DNA of 64,000 nt, from positions 78 through 64,077 of the forward strand of contig JACPZW010000078.1 of assembly GCA_016195265.1 (NCBI GenBank), given 5' to 3'. A program made the position numbers and the translations under genes. This document shows positions 8,601 to 18,287 of the stretch, piece by piece. Below the pieces are notes generated by a model. It searched no databases and was not told the origin of the DNA. It saw nothing but the letters and a program-made list of their open reading frames with translations. Source of the stretch: Acidobacteriota bacterium. Lineage in GTDB: Bacteria; Acidobacteriota; Vicinamibacteria; Vicinamibacterales; CAVVIG01. Position 1 is the stretch's first letter, and each line of letters opens with the position of its first letter.

Positions 8601-8897
8601 TCAGGTCAGCTCGCCGAGGGCCGTGTCGTCCTGGCTGTAGCCGTCGATGACGGTCTTCGCGTTGGTGGATTTCATCGCCTGCTCGAGCAACCGGATCTCG
8701 CGCGCAACGCGCGTCACGGATTTGTCGAGCACCTTGACGTCGTACACCGGCTCCCTGACGAGCTCCTTGTCCGCCGTGGCGCCATAGAACCGCCGCTCGC
8801 GATGCGCATTCTCATTGCGCAGGGCGATGAGCTCCTCATGGCGCTTCTTCAGCGTCTTGAGCCACGCCAGTCCTTCGTTGAGAGTGATCTGCGCCAT
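8601..8897 (-). CDS. small coiled-coil protein, DIP1984-like (98 aa)
   Basis: MAQITLNEGLAWLKTLKKRHEEL...YDVKVLDKSVTRVAREIRLLEQAMKSTNAKT; GC-rich third positions; resembles DIP1984-family helices. Confidence 0.7.
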   Translation of the reverse strand: MAQITLNEGLAWLKTLKKRHEELIALRNENAHRERRFYGATADKELVREPVYDVKVLDKSVTRVAREIRLLEQAMKSTNAKTVIDGYSQDDTALGELT

Positions 8898-9006
8898 GCG
8901 ACGACGATGCCATCGTCGAGCGACGAAGATCAAGCGGGAATTCTGGATGAGGGAGCGCCGGAGGAAAGTACGTACATTTCTTTCCTCCGCGTCCTGTACC
9001 TGTGAG

Positions 9007-9103
9007 GCTAATTCTGCGAAGCGCTCGGTGGGCCGATCTCGGGTCCTGTCCGCGAACAGCCCCGTGGTTGTCTTCTTCTCTGCGGTTTCAGCGATTTCTG
9101 CGT
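9007..9103. repeat. composite intergenic repeat block
   Basis: gctaattctgcga (9007-9019), 29-bp copy of 1289-1317 (9034-9062), three 9-nt units tctctgcgg/tttcagcga/tttctgcgt (9077-9103). Confidence 0.65.
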
Positions 9104-9124
9104 TGTACGTCGTCTGTCCTTCAG

Positions 9125-11311
9125 TTACTGGCCTCCCGTCGTGCGCGTCTCCGACGCGGGCAACGCGAACGCAAGGTACTCGCCCGAGTAGTTGCCGCCG
9201 CTTATCGCGACGATGATGTACTGCCGGCCGTCGGCGGAGTATGTCATCGGCGATCCGCTCTGCGGCGCCGGCAACCACACCGCGCCCACCTGATTCCCGT
9301 TCGTCTTATCGTACGCCCTCAGCATCGCCCCGCGTGGATGATCGGCCGTCGTCGTGATCTGTGGGTCGCCGAGAATCACGAGCGTCTTCGTCACCAACTG
9401 TCCGACGCTGCCCTGCTGCCCCGTCTTCGGAATGTTCATGCCGCGCAGCGCGGGATGATTGCGGACGACGTCCGGCGTGTCGCCGTGCGGGACCTGGAAG
9501 ACGAGATCCCCGCGATCGAGATTGATCGCGGAGAGGACGCCGTAGGGTGGCTTGACGAGCGGCAGTCCTTGCACCGTCGTGCCGCCGCCGCCACCACCTC
9601 CAGCCGCCGGCGCAGCTCCTGCCGCCGGCGCGGCGGCCGGTGCGGCTTCCGGCGCGGACGGCGCGATGCCAAGCCGCTGCAGTCGCTGCTGGCTGACGCT
9701 GATCTTCGGCGCCTCGGCTGCGCTGCCGAAACCCGGGCCTTCGTTGATGCGGAACTCGCGTCCCGCGACGCCCGCGACATATCTAATGTCCGAGAATCCC
9801 GCCGGCGGTTCGACGAGGCCGAGCGGCGAGACGCCGGCGTTGGCCGCCGATGCGTAGACCGTGTGCGTTTCCGGATCGTACGAGCCGCCGGGCCAGTTCG
9901 TGCCGCCGCCGAGCGTGCCGATCGTCAAGGCGCCGAGCGGTCCGCCGACACGGCTTACGACCGCGGGCAGGAACATCGGTCCCATGCGGTACTGATGCGC
10001 GACCGTAAGCCCTTGCGCGCGCAGATCCGGCGTGAAGTTGATCAGGTCGTCTTCCGTGATCGCCTGGCGCGCGTAGGCCGGCGGTTTCGTCGGGAACGGC
10101 TGCGTCGGCGACGTCTTCTCGCCGGGAACGTCGGACTGCGGGACGGGTCTTTCTTCGATCGGCCACACCGGCTGACCCGTGATGCGATCGAAGACGTAGA
10201 GGAACGCTTCTTTACTTGGAAGCGCGACGGCCTTGATCGCTTTGCCGTTGACGGTGATGTCCGCGAGGATCGCCCACGACGACAGGTCGTAGTCCCAGAT
10301 CGGATGGTGCGCGACCTGGAAGTGCCACTTGCGCTGGCCCGTTTTCAGATCGACGCAGACGAGCGAGTCGCCGAAGAGATTGTTGCCGGGGCGATGGCCG
10401 CCGTACTGATCGGACGTGGGATCTTCGACCGGCAGATAGACGAGTCCGGCTTCTTCGTCGACCGTGATTTGCGTCCAGACGCCGGTGTTGCCGTTGACGG
10501 CCCACGATTCGTTTTCCCACGTGTCGTTGCCGAACTCGCCCGGGCGCGGGATTGTGTTGAAGGTCCAGAGCAGCTTGCCCGTCTTGACGTCGAACGCGCG
10601 AACGAGGCCTTTCGTGTTGTTGTGCGTGACGACCTGCGTGCCTTCTTTGAAGGAGGAGCCCACGAGGACGACGTCCTTCGCGACCGTTGCCGTCGCGTGC
10701 AACCCGATCTCGCCGGTCTCGAGATCAATTTGCTGTCCCTTGCCGAAGACCGCGCCTTTCTTCAGATCGACGACGCCGCCGTCGCCGAAGCTAGTAATCA
10801 TTGACCCGTTCTTTGCGTTGAGCGCGATGAGCCGATAGCCCGTCGTCACGTAGAGGATACGTTCGTCGCTTTTGCCGTCGGTCCAGTAGGAGACGCCGCG
10901 GCCGGAGAGCTGTCGCGGCGCGATGGCGGCGCGGTTGCCTTCGCGGTAGCTGTGGGACCAGATGAGCTCGCCGGTCTTCCCGTCGAGCGCGACGACGGAG
11001 CGGCGCGTGCCGGCGGTGGTGTAGAGCGTGCCGCGGATGGCAAGCGGCGTGCCTTCGAGTTTGAACTCGGGGCGCGTGCCGAGGTTGTCCGTCTTGAAGC
11101 GCCACGCGACCTCGAGCTTGTTGAAGTTCGAGGCGTCGACCTGCGCGAGCGGCGAGTACTTCGACCCGCGCACGTCCGCGGTGTAGTGGGTCCAGTCGCC
11201 GTTCTTCGTGCTGGGGACACCCGCCTGGCCGCGTGCGCCGGCGGTCCACCAGACGAGGCCCATCGCAAGCGCCGCGACGGCAGGAATCGAGCGTCGAAAC
11301 AGTTTGGACAT
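9125..11311 (-). CDS. PQQ-dependent glucose/quinate-type dehydrogenase, periplasmic
   Basis: HHPIWDYDL, PVWPIEERPVPQSDVPGE..SPTQPFPTKPP, GGTNWPG, KPPYG; GGAG before ATG 11311. Confidence 0.9.
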   Translation of the reverse strand: MSKLFRRSIPAVAALAMGLVWWTAGARGQAGVPSTKNGDWTHYTADVRGSKYSPLAQVDASNFNKLEVAWRFKTDNLGTRPEFKLEGTPLAIRGTLYTTAGTRRSVVALDGKTGELIWSHSYREGNRAAIAPRQLSGRGVSYWTDGKSDERILYVTTGYRLIALNAKNGSMITSFGDGGVVDLKKGAVFGKGQQIDLETGEIGLHATATVAKDVVLVGSSFKEGTQVVTHNNTKGLVRAFDVKTGKLLWTFNTIPRPGEFGNDTWENESWAVNGNTGVWTQITVDEEAGLVYLPVEDPTSDQYGGHRPGNNLFGDSLVCVDLKTGQRKWHFQVAHHPIWDYDLSSWAILADITVNGKAIKAVALPSKEAFLYVFDRITGQPVWPIEERPVPQSDVPGEKTSPTQPFPTKPPAYARQAITEDDLINFTPDLRAQGLTVAHQYRMGPMFLPAVVSRVGGPLGALTIGTLGGGTNWPGGSYDPETHTVYASAANAGVSPLGLVEPPAGFSDIRYVAGVAGREFRINEGPGFGSAAEAPKISVSQQRLQRLGIAPSAPEAAPAAAPAAGAAPAAGGGGGGGTTVQGLPLVKPPYGVLSAINLDRGDLVFQVPHGDTPDVVRNHPALRGMNIPKTGQQGSVGQLVTKTLVILGDPQITTTADHPRGAMLRAYDKTNGNQVGAVWLPAPQSGSPMTYSADGRQYIIVAISGGNYSGEYLAFALPASETRTTGGQ

Positions 11312-11423
11312 CGTGGACTCCATGATGGCAGTGGCCAATTAGGCCGCCGGATGGGCACCGTTATACACCCAGGTCCACCGAGTGGGGTCACAGTTTTTCC
11401 CCTCTTGAGTGATATTCGGAGGC

Positions 11424-11576
11424 TTACGAAGCCGCCCACAACTCGGACAAAGCCTCAGCCTGTTCGAGGACTGTTTGAGTCGCCTTCTCTTGCTTGTCCG
11501 GCGGGTAGCCGTACTTCCGGAGAATCCGCTTAACGATCACTCGAAGCTGCGCGCGGACATTTTCGCGGACAGTCCA
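11424..11576 (-). pseudogene. hsdR: type I restriction enzyme R subunit, extreme C-terminal fragment (DUF3387-like)
   Basis: [41 protein letters not shown]. Confidence 0.85.
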
Positions 11577-11625
11577 GAGGCGTTCTGCTCGGCCTACGGA
11601 ATCCGGTGAGGCGCCTTCGGTTCGC

Positions 11626-12135
11626 AGCTTCACGCCGGAAGAGCTCCTCGGTCCTCTGAACCCGCTGGAACCCCTTCACGCTCCGAAACAATTATTTGCC
11701 GCGGGGCACGCTGAATGGCTGTGGGAGCGACCGCGAGTATCCATCGTCGGTTTCCTGAAGCCTTCATCGGACGGACTGAAGCGAGCCGCCAAGCTCGCAC
11801 GCGTCCTCACGGAGCATGGCGCGCTGGTCGTGAGTGGCCTTGCAGAGCGTATCGACGCGTCCGCTCACATCACGACTCTGGAGGCCGGCGGACGAACGAT
11901 TGCCGTGATCGGAACTCCGTTGTCGGAGGCCTACCCGACGAAGCATCGCAGTCTTCAGGACCGCGGGAGCACCTCGTCGTCTCGCAGTTTCCGGAAGGTC
12001 ATCCGACGACGCGCCGAAGTTTCCCGAGGCGCAATCGCACGATGGCGTTGGTATCCGATGCGTCCGTGATTGTCGAAGCGGGCGAAGGCAGCGGCAGTCC
12101 CTCGCAAGAATGGGAAGCGTTGCGTCGACCTCATC
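11626..12135 (+). pseudogene. dprA: DprA/Smf-like protein, frameshifted and truncated
   Basis: RVSIVG, VVSGLAERIDASAH, GGRTIAVIGTPL; frameshift near 11962; then VVSQFP, FPRRNRTMAL..VIVEAGEGSG; no start codon. Confidence 0.8.
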
Positions 12136-12173
12136 TGTCAGAATTCACGCGGCCGAGAGAATTGCCCTCTCTT

Positions 12174-13265
12174 TTACCCTCTCTTTGAGGTAATACCCTC
12201 TTTCGACGCCGACTCCATCCTCGCAGGCAGCCGGCGCCAGCGGGCGCCAGGTCCGCGTCCGACACACTCGACCAGTTTCTTCCGTCTCAACTCCTTCAGG
12301 ACGCGGCGAACCATATCCCGGCTCACTGCCGGGCAGGCACGTTCAAGGTCGGTGAGGCTGAACAGTCCCGCAAACGATTCGGTGGCGGCCTGCACCAGCG
12401 CACGCTTCGCGCCGCGGGGACTTCGAACGTCGCCGGCCCGGCTCTCGAACTCCCGATAGGCTCGCCGCACGACGCTCGAGAAATAGAGCAACCACGGCAA
12501 CGGATCGTGCGTGCCCGCGTGCCAGCCCTCGGAGCTCTGCCTCAACGCCTCGTAGTATTCGTCGCGCGTTTCTTCGACCAGCCTCTCGAGACTGATGTAC
12601 CGCCCGACTTCGTACCCGTGCTGGTACAGGGCGAGCAGCGTGAGCAGCCTCGACACGCGCCCGTTGCCGTCGCGGAACGGGTGAATGCACAGAAAATCGA
12701 GGACGAACGCCGCCACGGTCACCAGTGACGGCGCGCGGCGCTGGTTCACGGCCTCGCGATACAGCAGACACAGCTCGTCGACGGCAGCGGGTGTTGCCGC
12801 CGCCGCGACGGGACGGAATCGCACCCGAGGCGCCGACCCGGCTTTCAGCTCGACGATCTCGTTCTCGACGGTCTTCCACTGACCGGCATCGCCGCTGTCT
12901 TCCTGAATCGTGCGATGAAGCCGCTGCAGGAGTCCCGGCTCGATCGACAGACCCGCGGCGTTCGCGTGAATGAGACCGAGCGCGTGCCGATAGCCGAAGA
13001 TTTCGCGCTCCGAACGGTCGCGCGGCTTCGCCTGGCCGATCACCAGCGGCCTGAGCCGATCGGGATCGACGGTGACGCCCTCGATGCGGTTGGAGGACTC
13101 GGCGCTCTGCACGAGCGCCATCTCGCGAAGCGCCTTGAGCACCTGCGGCGCCTGGCGAGTGTAGAGCGCCTGCCGGCCCTTGGCCTCGGCGATTTCGTCA
13201 ATCAACCAGACAACGGCTGTCGGCAGCGAGAGACTGGAAAGCCGATCGCCGCGGAACGACATCAT
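12174..13265 (-). CDS. Fic/DOC family protein with C-terminal HTH
   Basis: HPFRDGNGRVSR Fic motif; SSNRIEG helix. Confidence 0.92.
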   Translation of the reverse strand: MMSFRGDRLSSLSLPTAVVWLIDEIAEAKGRQALYTRQAPQVLKALREMALVQSAESSNRIEGVTVDPDRLRPLVIGQAKPRDRSEREIFGYRHALGLIHANAAGLSIEPGLLQRLHRTIQEDSGDAGQWKTVENEIVELKAGSAPRVRFRPVAAAATPAAVDELCLLYREAVNQRRAPSLVTVAAFVLDFLCIHPFRDGNGRVSRLLTLLALYQHGYEVGRYISLERLVEETRDEYYEALRQSSEGWHAGTHDPLPWLLYFSSVVRRAYREFESRAGDVRSPRGAKRALVQAATESFAGLFSLTDLERACPAVSRDMVRRVLKELRRKKLVECVGRGPGARWRRLPARMESASKEGITSKRG

Positions 13266-13335
13266 GCTGCACCAATACTATGGCAAGCCGCGCGATCATT
13301 CGGCTCGTGGATGGAGACCAGATCTCGCTTCATCA

Positions 13336-13361
13336 GGCGGGTCCGAAAGGACCCGCCCTAC
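13336..13361 (-). repeat. GTAG-type REP, single copy
   Basis: reverse complement gtagggcgggtcctttcggacccgcc matches the REPs at 6119-6176. Confidence 0.75.
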
Positions 13362-13401
13362 ATCTCATCGTGGGCTTCCATCAGGCGCAGACGCGGCGGT
13401 C

Positions 13402-16296
13402 CTACTTCGCCTCGGGCATCAGCGTGACCTTCACGTAGTTCCGCGTGTCGAGGTACGCCTGCCCCGCCCGCTGAATCGCGTCGGCGGTCAGCGCCGCGAT
13501 CTGCCGCGGCAGATTGACCTCCGCCGCGATGTCCGCCGCCTCACCGTCCTGATAGCGGCGCGAGATCTGATTGAGGAGATACCCGTTCTCCTGGCTGCTC
13601 CGCTCGAACTCGCGCGTGAGCGCCTCGCGGATGCGGACCATCTGATCTGGTGAGATCGGTGCCGTCCTGACGAACGCAATCTCGTCGAAGACGCGCTGCA
13701 CGAGCGTCGCCGTGCGCGTGGGATCGCACGTCCATTCGATCCGCACGCTGAATTGCGGCCGGGGAAACTTGTCGACGTCCGGGTTGACGGTGATGCTGTA
13801 CGTCCCCCCGAGCTCCTGCCGGATCGTGTCGAACAGCCGCGACTGCAGCAGGAGCGTCGTCGTTCGAAGCGCCAGCGCGTGCGCGTCGTCGTACTCGAAC
13901 GGCCCGGACAGGACGATCGCCACCTGGCTCTTCGGCGCGATGCCCTTGACGATCGTTTTATCAACAACGTCTGTCGGCGGCGCGATGCCGAGGTCCTTCC
14001 ACGTTTCGTGCGCGTGCGTCGCCGGCAGGCTGGCGATGTACGTTTCGACGAGCGGCTTGATGGCGTCCGGCGTGAAACTGCCGACAAACACGAACGTGAA
14101 GTTGCTCGCGTCGGCGAACCGCGCCTTGTAGAACGCCAGCGACTTCTCGAGATTCCATTGGTCCACCGTTGCCGGCGTCTCGGGCTGCCGACGCGGGCTG
14201 TTCCGGCTGAGGGTGGCGTCAATGGCCTGATTAAACACAACGTCCGGACTCGCGATCCGGTTCGCGAGCAGCCCTCTGGCCTGCGACGCCATCGCGGCGA
14301 ACGCGGTCGGATCGGCGCGCGGCCGGGTGAATCGCAGATACAGGAGCTGGAACATCGTCTCGAGATCCTGCGGCGTGCTCCCGCCGCCCATCCCCTCGTC
14401 GATTTCGTCGATGAACGGCGTGACGGCGGCCGCTTTGCCCGTCAGGATCTTGTCGAGCATCACGCTGTTGAACCGCCCGACGCCGCCCGCGGGGATGACG
14501 TTGTCCGCGACGCGCGCGGGAATGAAATCGGCGTCGCTCGCCAGCGATGTCCCTCCCGGCGCGACGGCGCGAAACAGAATCTGATCTTCCTTCAGCATCG
14601 TCGGCTTCAGCACGACGGTGGCGCCGTTCGACAGCGTCCATTCGGTGATGCCGGCCTCGAGACGGACGTTGGTCTTCACGATCGCGCCGCGCTCCGGCGG
14701 CGCGTCCATGAGCGCCTGCCCCGCCGCGCCATCCACGTACGCCTGGAGCCGCTTCGCCGACGCGGCCTTGACGATCGCCGCGAGCTGCGCCTGATCGGGC
14801 AGGACGACCCCGGCCGTTTCCGGCGCGGACACGACAATCAGCCGGTTGCGATCGGGAAACCAGTCGCCGGTGAGCGCGTTGATCTCGTTCAGCGTGATGC
14901 CGGGCACGAAGCGCCGATGGAACGCGAGCTCCTGCCAGATCGTCGGCAGCGCTTCGCCGCGAAGAAAATTCCGCGTGTACTCGTCGGCGCGGCTCGCGGA
15001 CTCGCGGTCCGGGCTTTCCGTCACCACGCGCTCGTAGGAGGCCATCATCGCCTGCTTCGCGCGTGCGAGTTCGGTCGCGGTGAAGCCGAAGCGCGCGACG
15101 CGCTGGAGCTCGGTCACGAGCGCATCGAGGCCGCGCGTCACGCCGTCGTTTGCGACGAGCGCCTGGAGCACCGCCTCGTCCCTCGTCCTCGGCGCCGGAA
15201 ACAGCGCGCGACCCGCGGCCGCTCTGAGAAACGGCGGATTGGCGCTCTGGGCGATCTCGTCGAGCCTGGCGCCGAGCATGTCGGCGAACAACTGGTCGCG
15301 CAGGATCTCGCGATAGCCGCCGACCGATCCCTGGTTGCGCGCCGGCCGGAGGTCGGTGAGCTGGACGGCGGTCGCGGTCGTTTCCTTGTCGGTGACGATG
15401 GTGGCGCGCGTGCCGGGACGCTCCGGCACGTCGAACGCGGGCCGCGGCCGCGCCGGTGACGGCGACGTCAGCGACGAGAAATGTTCTTTGATCATGGTCA
15501 CGACGGCGCCGCGGTCGACGTCGCCCGCGACAATCACGGCCATCAGATCCGGACGGTACCAGTCGCGGTAGAACCTGGTCAGTTGCTCGCGCTGCGCGCG
15601 CTCGATGACGTCGGTCTTCCCGATAGGCGACCGATCCGCGTAGCGCGATCCCTCGAGCTGCACCTGGCGGATCTTGTCCTGCGTGCGCTCACCGGCGCCG
15701 AGGTGCATGCGCCATTCAGAGAGAACGATGGCGCGCTCGCGATCGATGGCGCTCTGATCGAACGCAGCGCCCTGCGCCCAGTCCTCGAGGACGAGGAGCG
15801 CGCGGTCGAGCACGCTCGGCACGTCGGTCGGCACGCGCAGCGTGTACTGCGTGTCGTCGTAGCCCGTCGCCGCATTCGCGTCCGGACCGATGCTCAAGCC
15901 GAGCGACGACAGGAAGTCGACGATGCGCTGCTGCGGAAAGTGCCGCGTGCCTTCGAACTCCATGTGCTCGACGAAGTGCGCCAGCCCCTGCTGGTCGTCG
16001 TCTTCAAGCACGGAACCGGCCTTGACGACGAGCCGCAGCTCGGCCCGATTTGCGGGCTTCGCGTTCGCGCGCACGTAGTAGCGCAAGCCGTTCGGCAGCG
16101 TGCCGACGACGACGTCCGGATCCACCGGCATCTGCTGCGAAAGATTAAAGGTTGCGACCGACGCCGCCGACGTCTCGCGCCCGGCGGGCCCGGTGGGCCC
16201 GGTGGGCAATGTCTGGGCGGAGGCGACCAGACCCGCAACGGCAAGCACGCCGGCGAACAGGCCGAAGAACGGGACACGGAGACGCGGAAAGGTCAT
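13402..16296 (-). CDS. M16 family zinc protease (PqqL-like)
   Basis: GLAHFVEHM (HXXEH), LPNGLRYYVR, duplicated M16 architecture, signal peptide. Confidence 0.92.
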   Translation of the reverse strand: MTFPRLRVPFFGLFAGVLAVAGLVASAQTLPTGPTGPAGRETSAASVATFNLSQQMPVDPDVVVGTLPNGLRYYVRANAKPANRAELRLVVKAGSVLEDDDQQGLAHFVEHMEFEGTRHFPQQRIVDFLSSLGLSIGPDANAATGYDDTQYTLRVPTDVPSVLDRALLVLEDWAQGAAFDQSAIDRERAIVLSEWRMHLGAGERTQDKIRQVQLEGSRYADRSPIGKTDVIERAQREQLTRFYRDWYRPDLMAVIVAGDVDRGAVVTMIKEHFSSLTSPSPARPRPAFDVPERPGTRATIVTDKETTATAVQLTDLRPARNQGSVGGYREILRDQLFADMLGARLDEIAQSANPPFLRAAAGRALFPAPRTRDEAVLQALVANDGVTRGLDALVTELQRVARFGFTATELARAKQAMMASYERVVTESPDRESASRADEYTRNFLRGEALPTIWQELAFHRRFVPGITLNEINALTGDWFPDRNRLIVVSAPETAGVVLPDQAQLAAIVKAASAKRLQAYVDGAAGQALMDAPPERGAIVKTNVRLEAGITEWTLSNGATVVLKPTMLKEDQILFRAVAPGGTSLASDADFIPARVADNVIPAGGVGRFNSVMLDKILTGKAAAVTPFIDEIDEGMGGGSTPQDLETMFQLLYLRFTRPRADPTAFAAMASQARGLLANRIASPDVVFNQAIDATLSRNSPRRQPETPATVDQWNLEKSLAFYKARFADASNFTFVFVGSFTPDAIKPLVETYIASLPATHAHETWKDLGIAPPTDVVDKTIVKGIAPKSQVAIVLSGPFEYDDAHALALRTTTLLLQSRLFDTIRQELGGTYSITVNPDVDKFPRPQFSVRIEWTCDPTRTATLVQRVFDEIAFVRTAPISPDQMVRIREALTREFERSSQENGYLLNQISRRYQDGEAADIAAEVNLPRQIAALTADAIQRAGQAYLDTRNYVKVTLMPEAK

Positions 16297-16320
16297 GCGT
16301 CCAATGCTAGCGCGCCTCAG

Positions 16321-16707
16321 CTACACCTTGCGCACCGGCCCGCGGTAGCGGGCCATGTGCGAATCGCTCGTGAGGAGCGTGATGCCCTCGCTGATGGCCT
16401 GGGCGAGCAGCATGCGGTCGAACGGATCTTTGTGCAGCGCGGGCAGGCCGTCCACGTTCACCGCGTGCTCGCTGGTGACCGGAAGCTCGACATATCCGTT
16501 ATCGAGCAACCCCCGGCGCAACTGACGAGGCTCGACTCGGAAGTCCGCCCGGCCCAGCGTGCTCTTGATGGCGATCTCCCACAGGCTGGCGGCGCTGAAG
16601 AGGAGTTCGTTGCGCGGGTTGTTCAGCAGCCGGCGCGCTGCGGCGGAGAGCCGCTCTGGGTGTCCGGCCGCCCACAGCAGGATCTGCGTGTCCAGCAGGA
16701 GCTTCAC
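16321..16707 (-). CDS. vapC: VapC PIN-domain toxin
   Basis: LLLDTQILLW, SLWEIAIK, HKDPFDRMLLAQA. Confidence 0.93.
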   Translation of the reverse strand: MKLLLDTQILLWAAGHPERLSAAARRLLNNPRNELLFSAASLWEIAIKSTLGRADFRVEPRQLRRGLLDNGYVELPVTSEHAVNVDGLPALHKDPFDRMLLAQAISEGITLLTSDSHMARYRGPVRKV

Positions 16708-16943
16708 ACGCCGCGCCCGAACAGGGCCGCGATCCGGGCGTCGCCCATGCGGTCGAAATCCTTGGGCACGGCGATCTCGCCCGCCAGGAAGCCCAGCCTC
16801 CGCGGCGCGCTCGGAGCATCGAGCGCCGCCACCTTCACCAGGGGCTTGCCGGCCTTGGCGATGACGAACGTCTCGCCCTTGACGGCGCGATCGACCAGCT
16901 TCGAGAGCTGGGTCTTGGCTTCGTGCATGTTGACGGTGACCAT
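16704..16943 (-). CDS. Phd/YefM family antitoxin
   Basis: VNMHEAKTQLSKLVD...VIAKAGKP; GTGA overlap with vapC. Confidence 0.92.
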   Translation of the reverse strand: MVTVNMHEAKTQLSKLVDRAVKGETFVIAKAGKPLVKVAALDAPSAPRRLGFLAGEIAVPKDFDRMGDARIAALFGRGV

Positions 16944-16956
16944 CACGCCCTCATAC

Positions 16957-16979
16957 GACTAAGTTGAATGGACTAAGTC
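16957..16979. promoter_or_regulatory. probable TA autoregulatory operator
   Basis: gactaagt repeated at 16957 and 16971 (GACT-A-AGTC near-palindrome) just upstream of the antitoxin. Confidence 0.55.
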
Positions 16980-17134
16980 TATCTCCCTCGTGTCCCGGCG
17001 TCAACGTGGTGCCGATCCTTCGTCGAACGAGCCGGACCTGGATCGACGGAGGTCGCGGGAAGTGATACTGGGAGAGACGTGTCCCTTGCCGCACGCCCGC
17101 ATTAACGGCCAACGGTGAGGATGGCGAGCGGACG

Positions 17135-18133
17135 CTATCGCGACGCGGCGCCAGGCGGTGGCATAAGCGACGACACGTACGCGGCGATGTTGACGAAGTC
17201 CTCGTCGCCGAGCTTCGCAACGACCGGCTTCATCAGATCGGCCCACTCGCCGTGACGCGCGCCGGCCTGCATGTCGTACATCTGCCGGACGAGATAACTG
17301 GGCGAGCGCCCCGCGATTCCTGGCACGGGGCCGAGGCCCATCAGATCCGCGCCGTGGCACACGCCGCACTCCACGGTCCGGCCTTTGCCGCCGGTCTTGA
17401 CGAGCGCCTCGCCCTTCTTGACGCTCCCCACCGGCGCGTACGCGATGAACCCCGAGCGCGGGTCGCGAAGAATCTCGGTGCGCTCCGGATCCTCCGGCGT
17501 CTCGACGATGCGCACGCCGATCGGCTCCTTCTGATTGCCCTCGACCGGGACCCAGATGCCGCCGCGGCTCACCATCTTCGGCACGGTGCTGGTTTCGACA
17601 ACCTTCACCCACGGCGTCCACTTCATCGCGCCGAAGTACTCGGCGGTGATCCTGATCTCCTCCGGCGTCATCGCCTTCGCGATCGCGATCATGATGTTGG
17701 TGTTGGCCTTCCGCGGGTCCGCGCTCTTGCGGACGCCGCTGTGGAAGTCGTTCATCTGCTGGATGAAGTAGGAGACCGGCAATCCTGAAACGCCGGCGTT
17801 CTCCTGCCGGCCCTTGCCGTTCGGGTAATGGCAGAGGCCGCACGCGCGCGCATCCGGCCGTTTGCCGTGCGCGACGATGTCCGGCATCGCCGGGTGGTCG
17901 CCGGGAAACCAGTCGGCCGGGCCGAAGCCATCGGAGATCTGCTGACGCGTGAAGCTGAGCGGACTGCCGGGAATCTGCTTCAGCGAGGTGTCGGGCGCCG
18001 CGGCGGGCGCACCAGGCGTCGGCGGCAGCGGGATGGCGTACGCCCACGCCGGCGGATCGCCAATCGCGCGAAGCACGGAGGTGGTGACGAGAGGCGCGAC
18101 TACGAGCGCGACGATGGGGACAAGCCTGCGCAT
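17135..18133 (-). CDS. dihaem cytochrome c (c4-like)
   Basis: CGLCH and CGVCH; IAGRSPSYLVRQM; signal peptide. Confidence 0.85.
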   Translation of the reverse strand: MRRLVPIVALVVAPLVTTSVLRAIGDPPAWAYAIPLPPTPGAPAAAPDTSLKQIPGSPLSFTRQQISDGFGPADWFPGDHPAMPDIVAHGKRPDARACGLCHYPNGKGRQENAGVSGLPVSYFIQQMNDFHSGVRKSADPRKANTNIMIAIAKAMTPEEIRITAEYFGAMKWTPWVKVVETSTVPKMVSRGGIWVPVEGNQKEPIGVRIVETPEDPERTEILRDPRSGFIAYAPVGSVKKGEALVKTGGKGRTVECGVCHGADLMGLGPVPGIAGRSPSYLVRQMYDMQAGARHGEWADLMKPVVAKLGDEDFVNIAAYVSSLMPPPGAASR

Positions 18134-18287
18134 ATAAAGCCTCCGTTGGAGCGGGCGATTGTTCGGACTGCAAAACTATACGCCCAATCCCGTACTTGCA
18201 GGCGGGGGGAGGCTTCGTCGATTGGCGGTCTGCCAACGTCTGGAGTAACCTGCGTGGTTGTTGTCAACCATTCACGGAGGATCCCCC

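Noticed and set aside
8898-9278. 225-aa version of the coiled-coil ORF
   Set aside because: The extension runs through repeat DNA and overlaps the upstream dehydrogenase out of frame.
13402-16296. M16 protease as PqqF of a PQQ biosynthesis cluster
   Set aside because: It has a signal peptide, and no pqqA-E genes are present.
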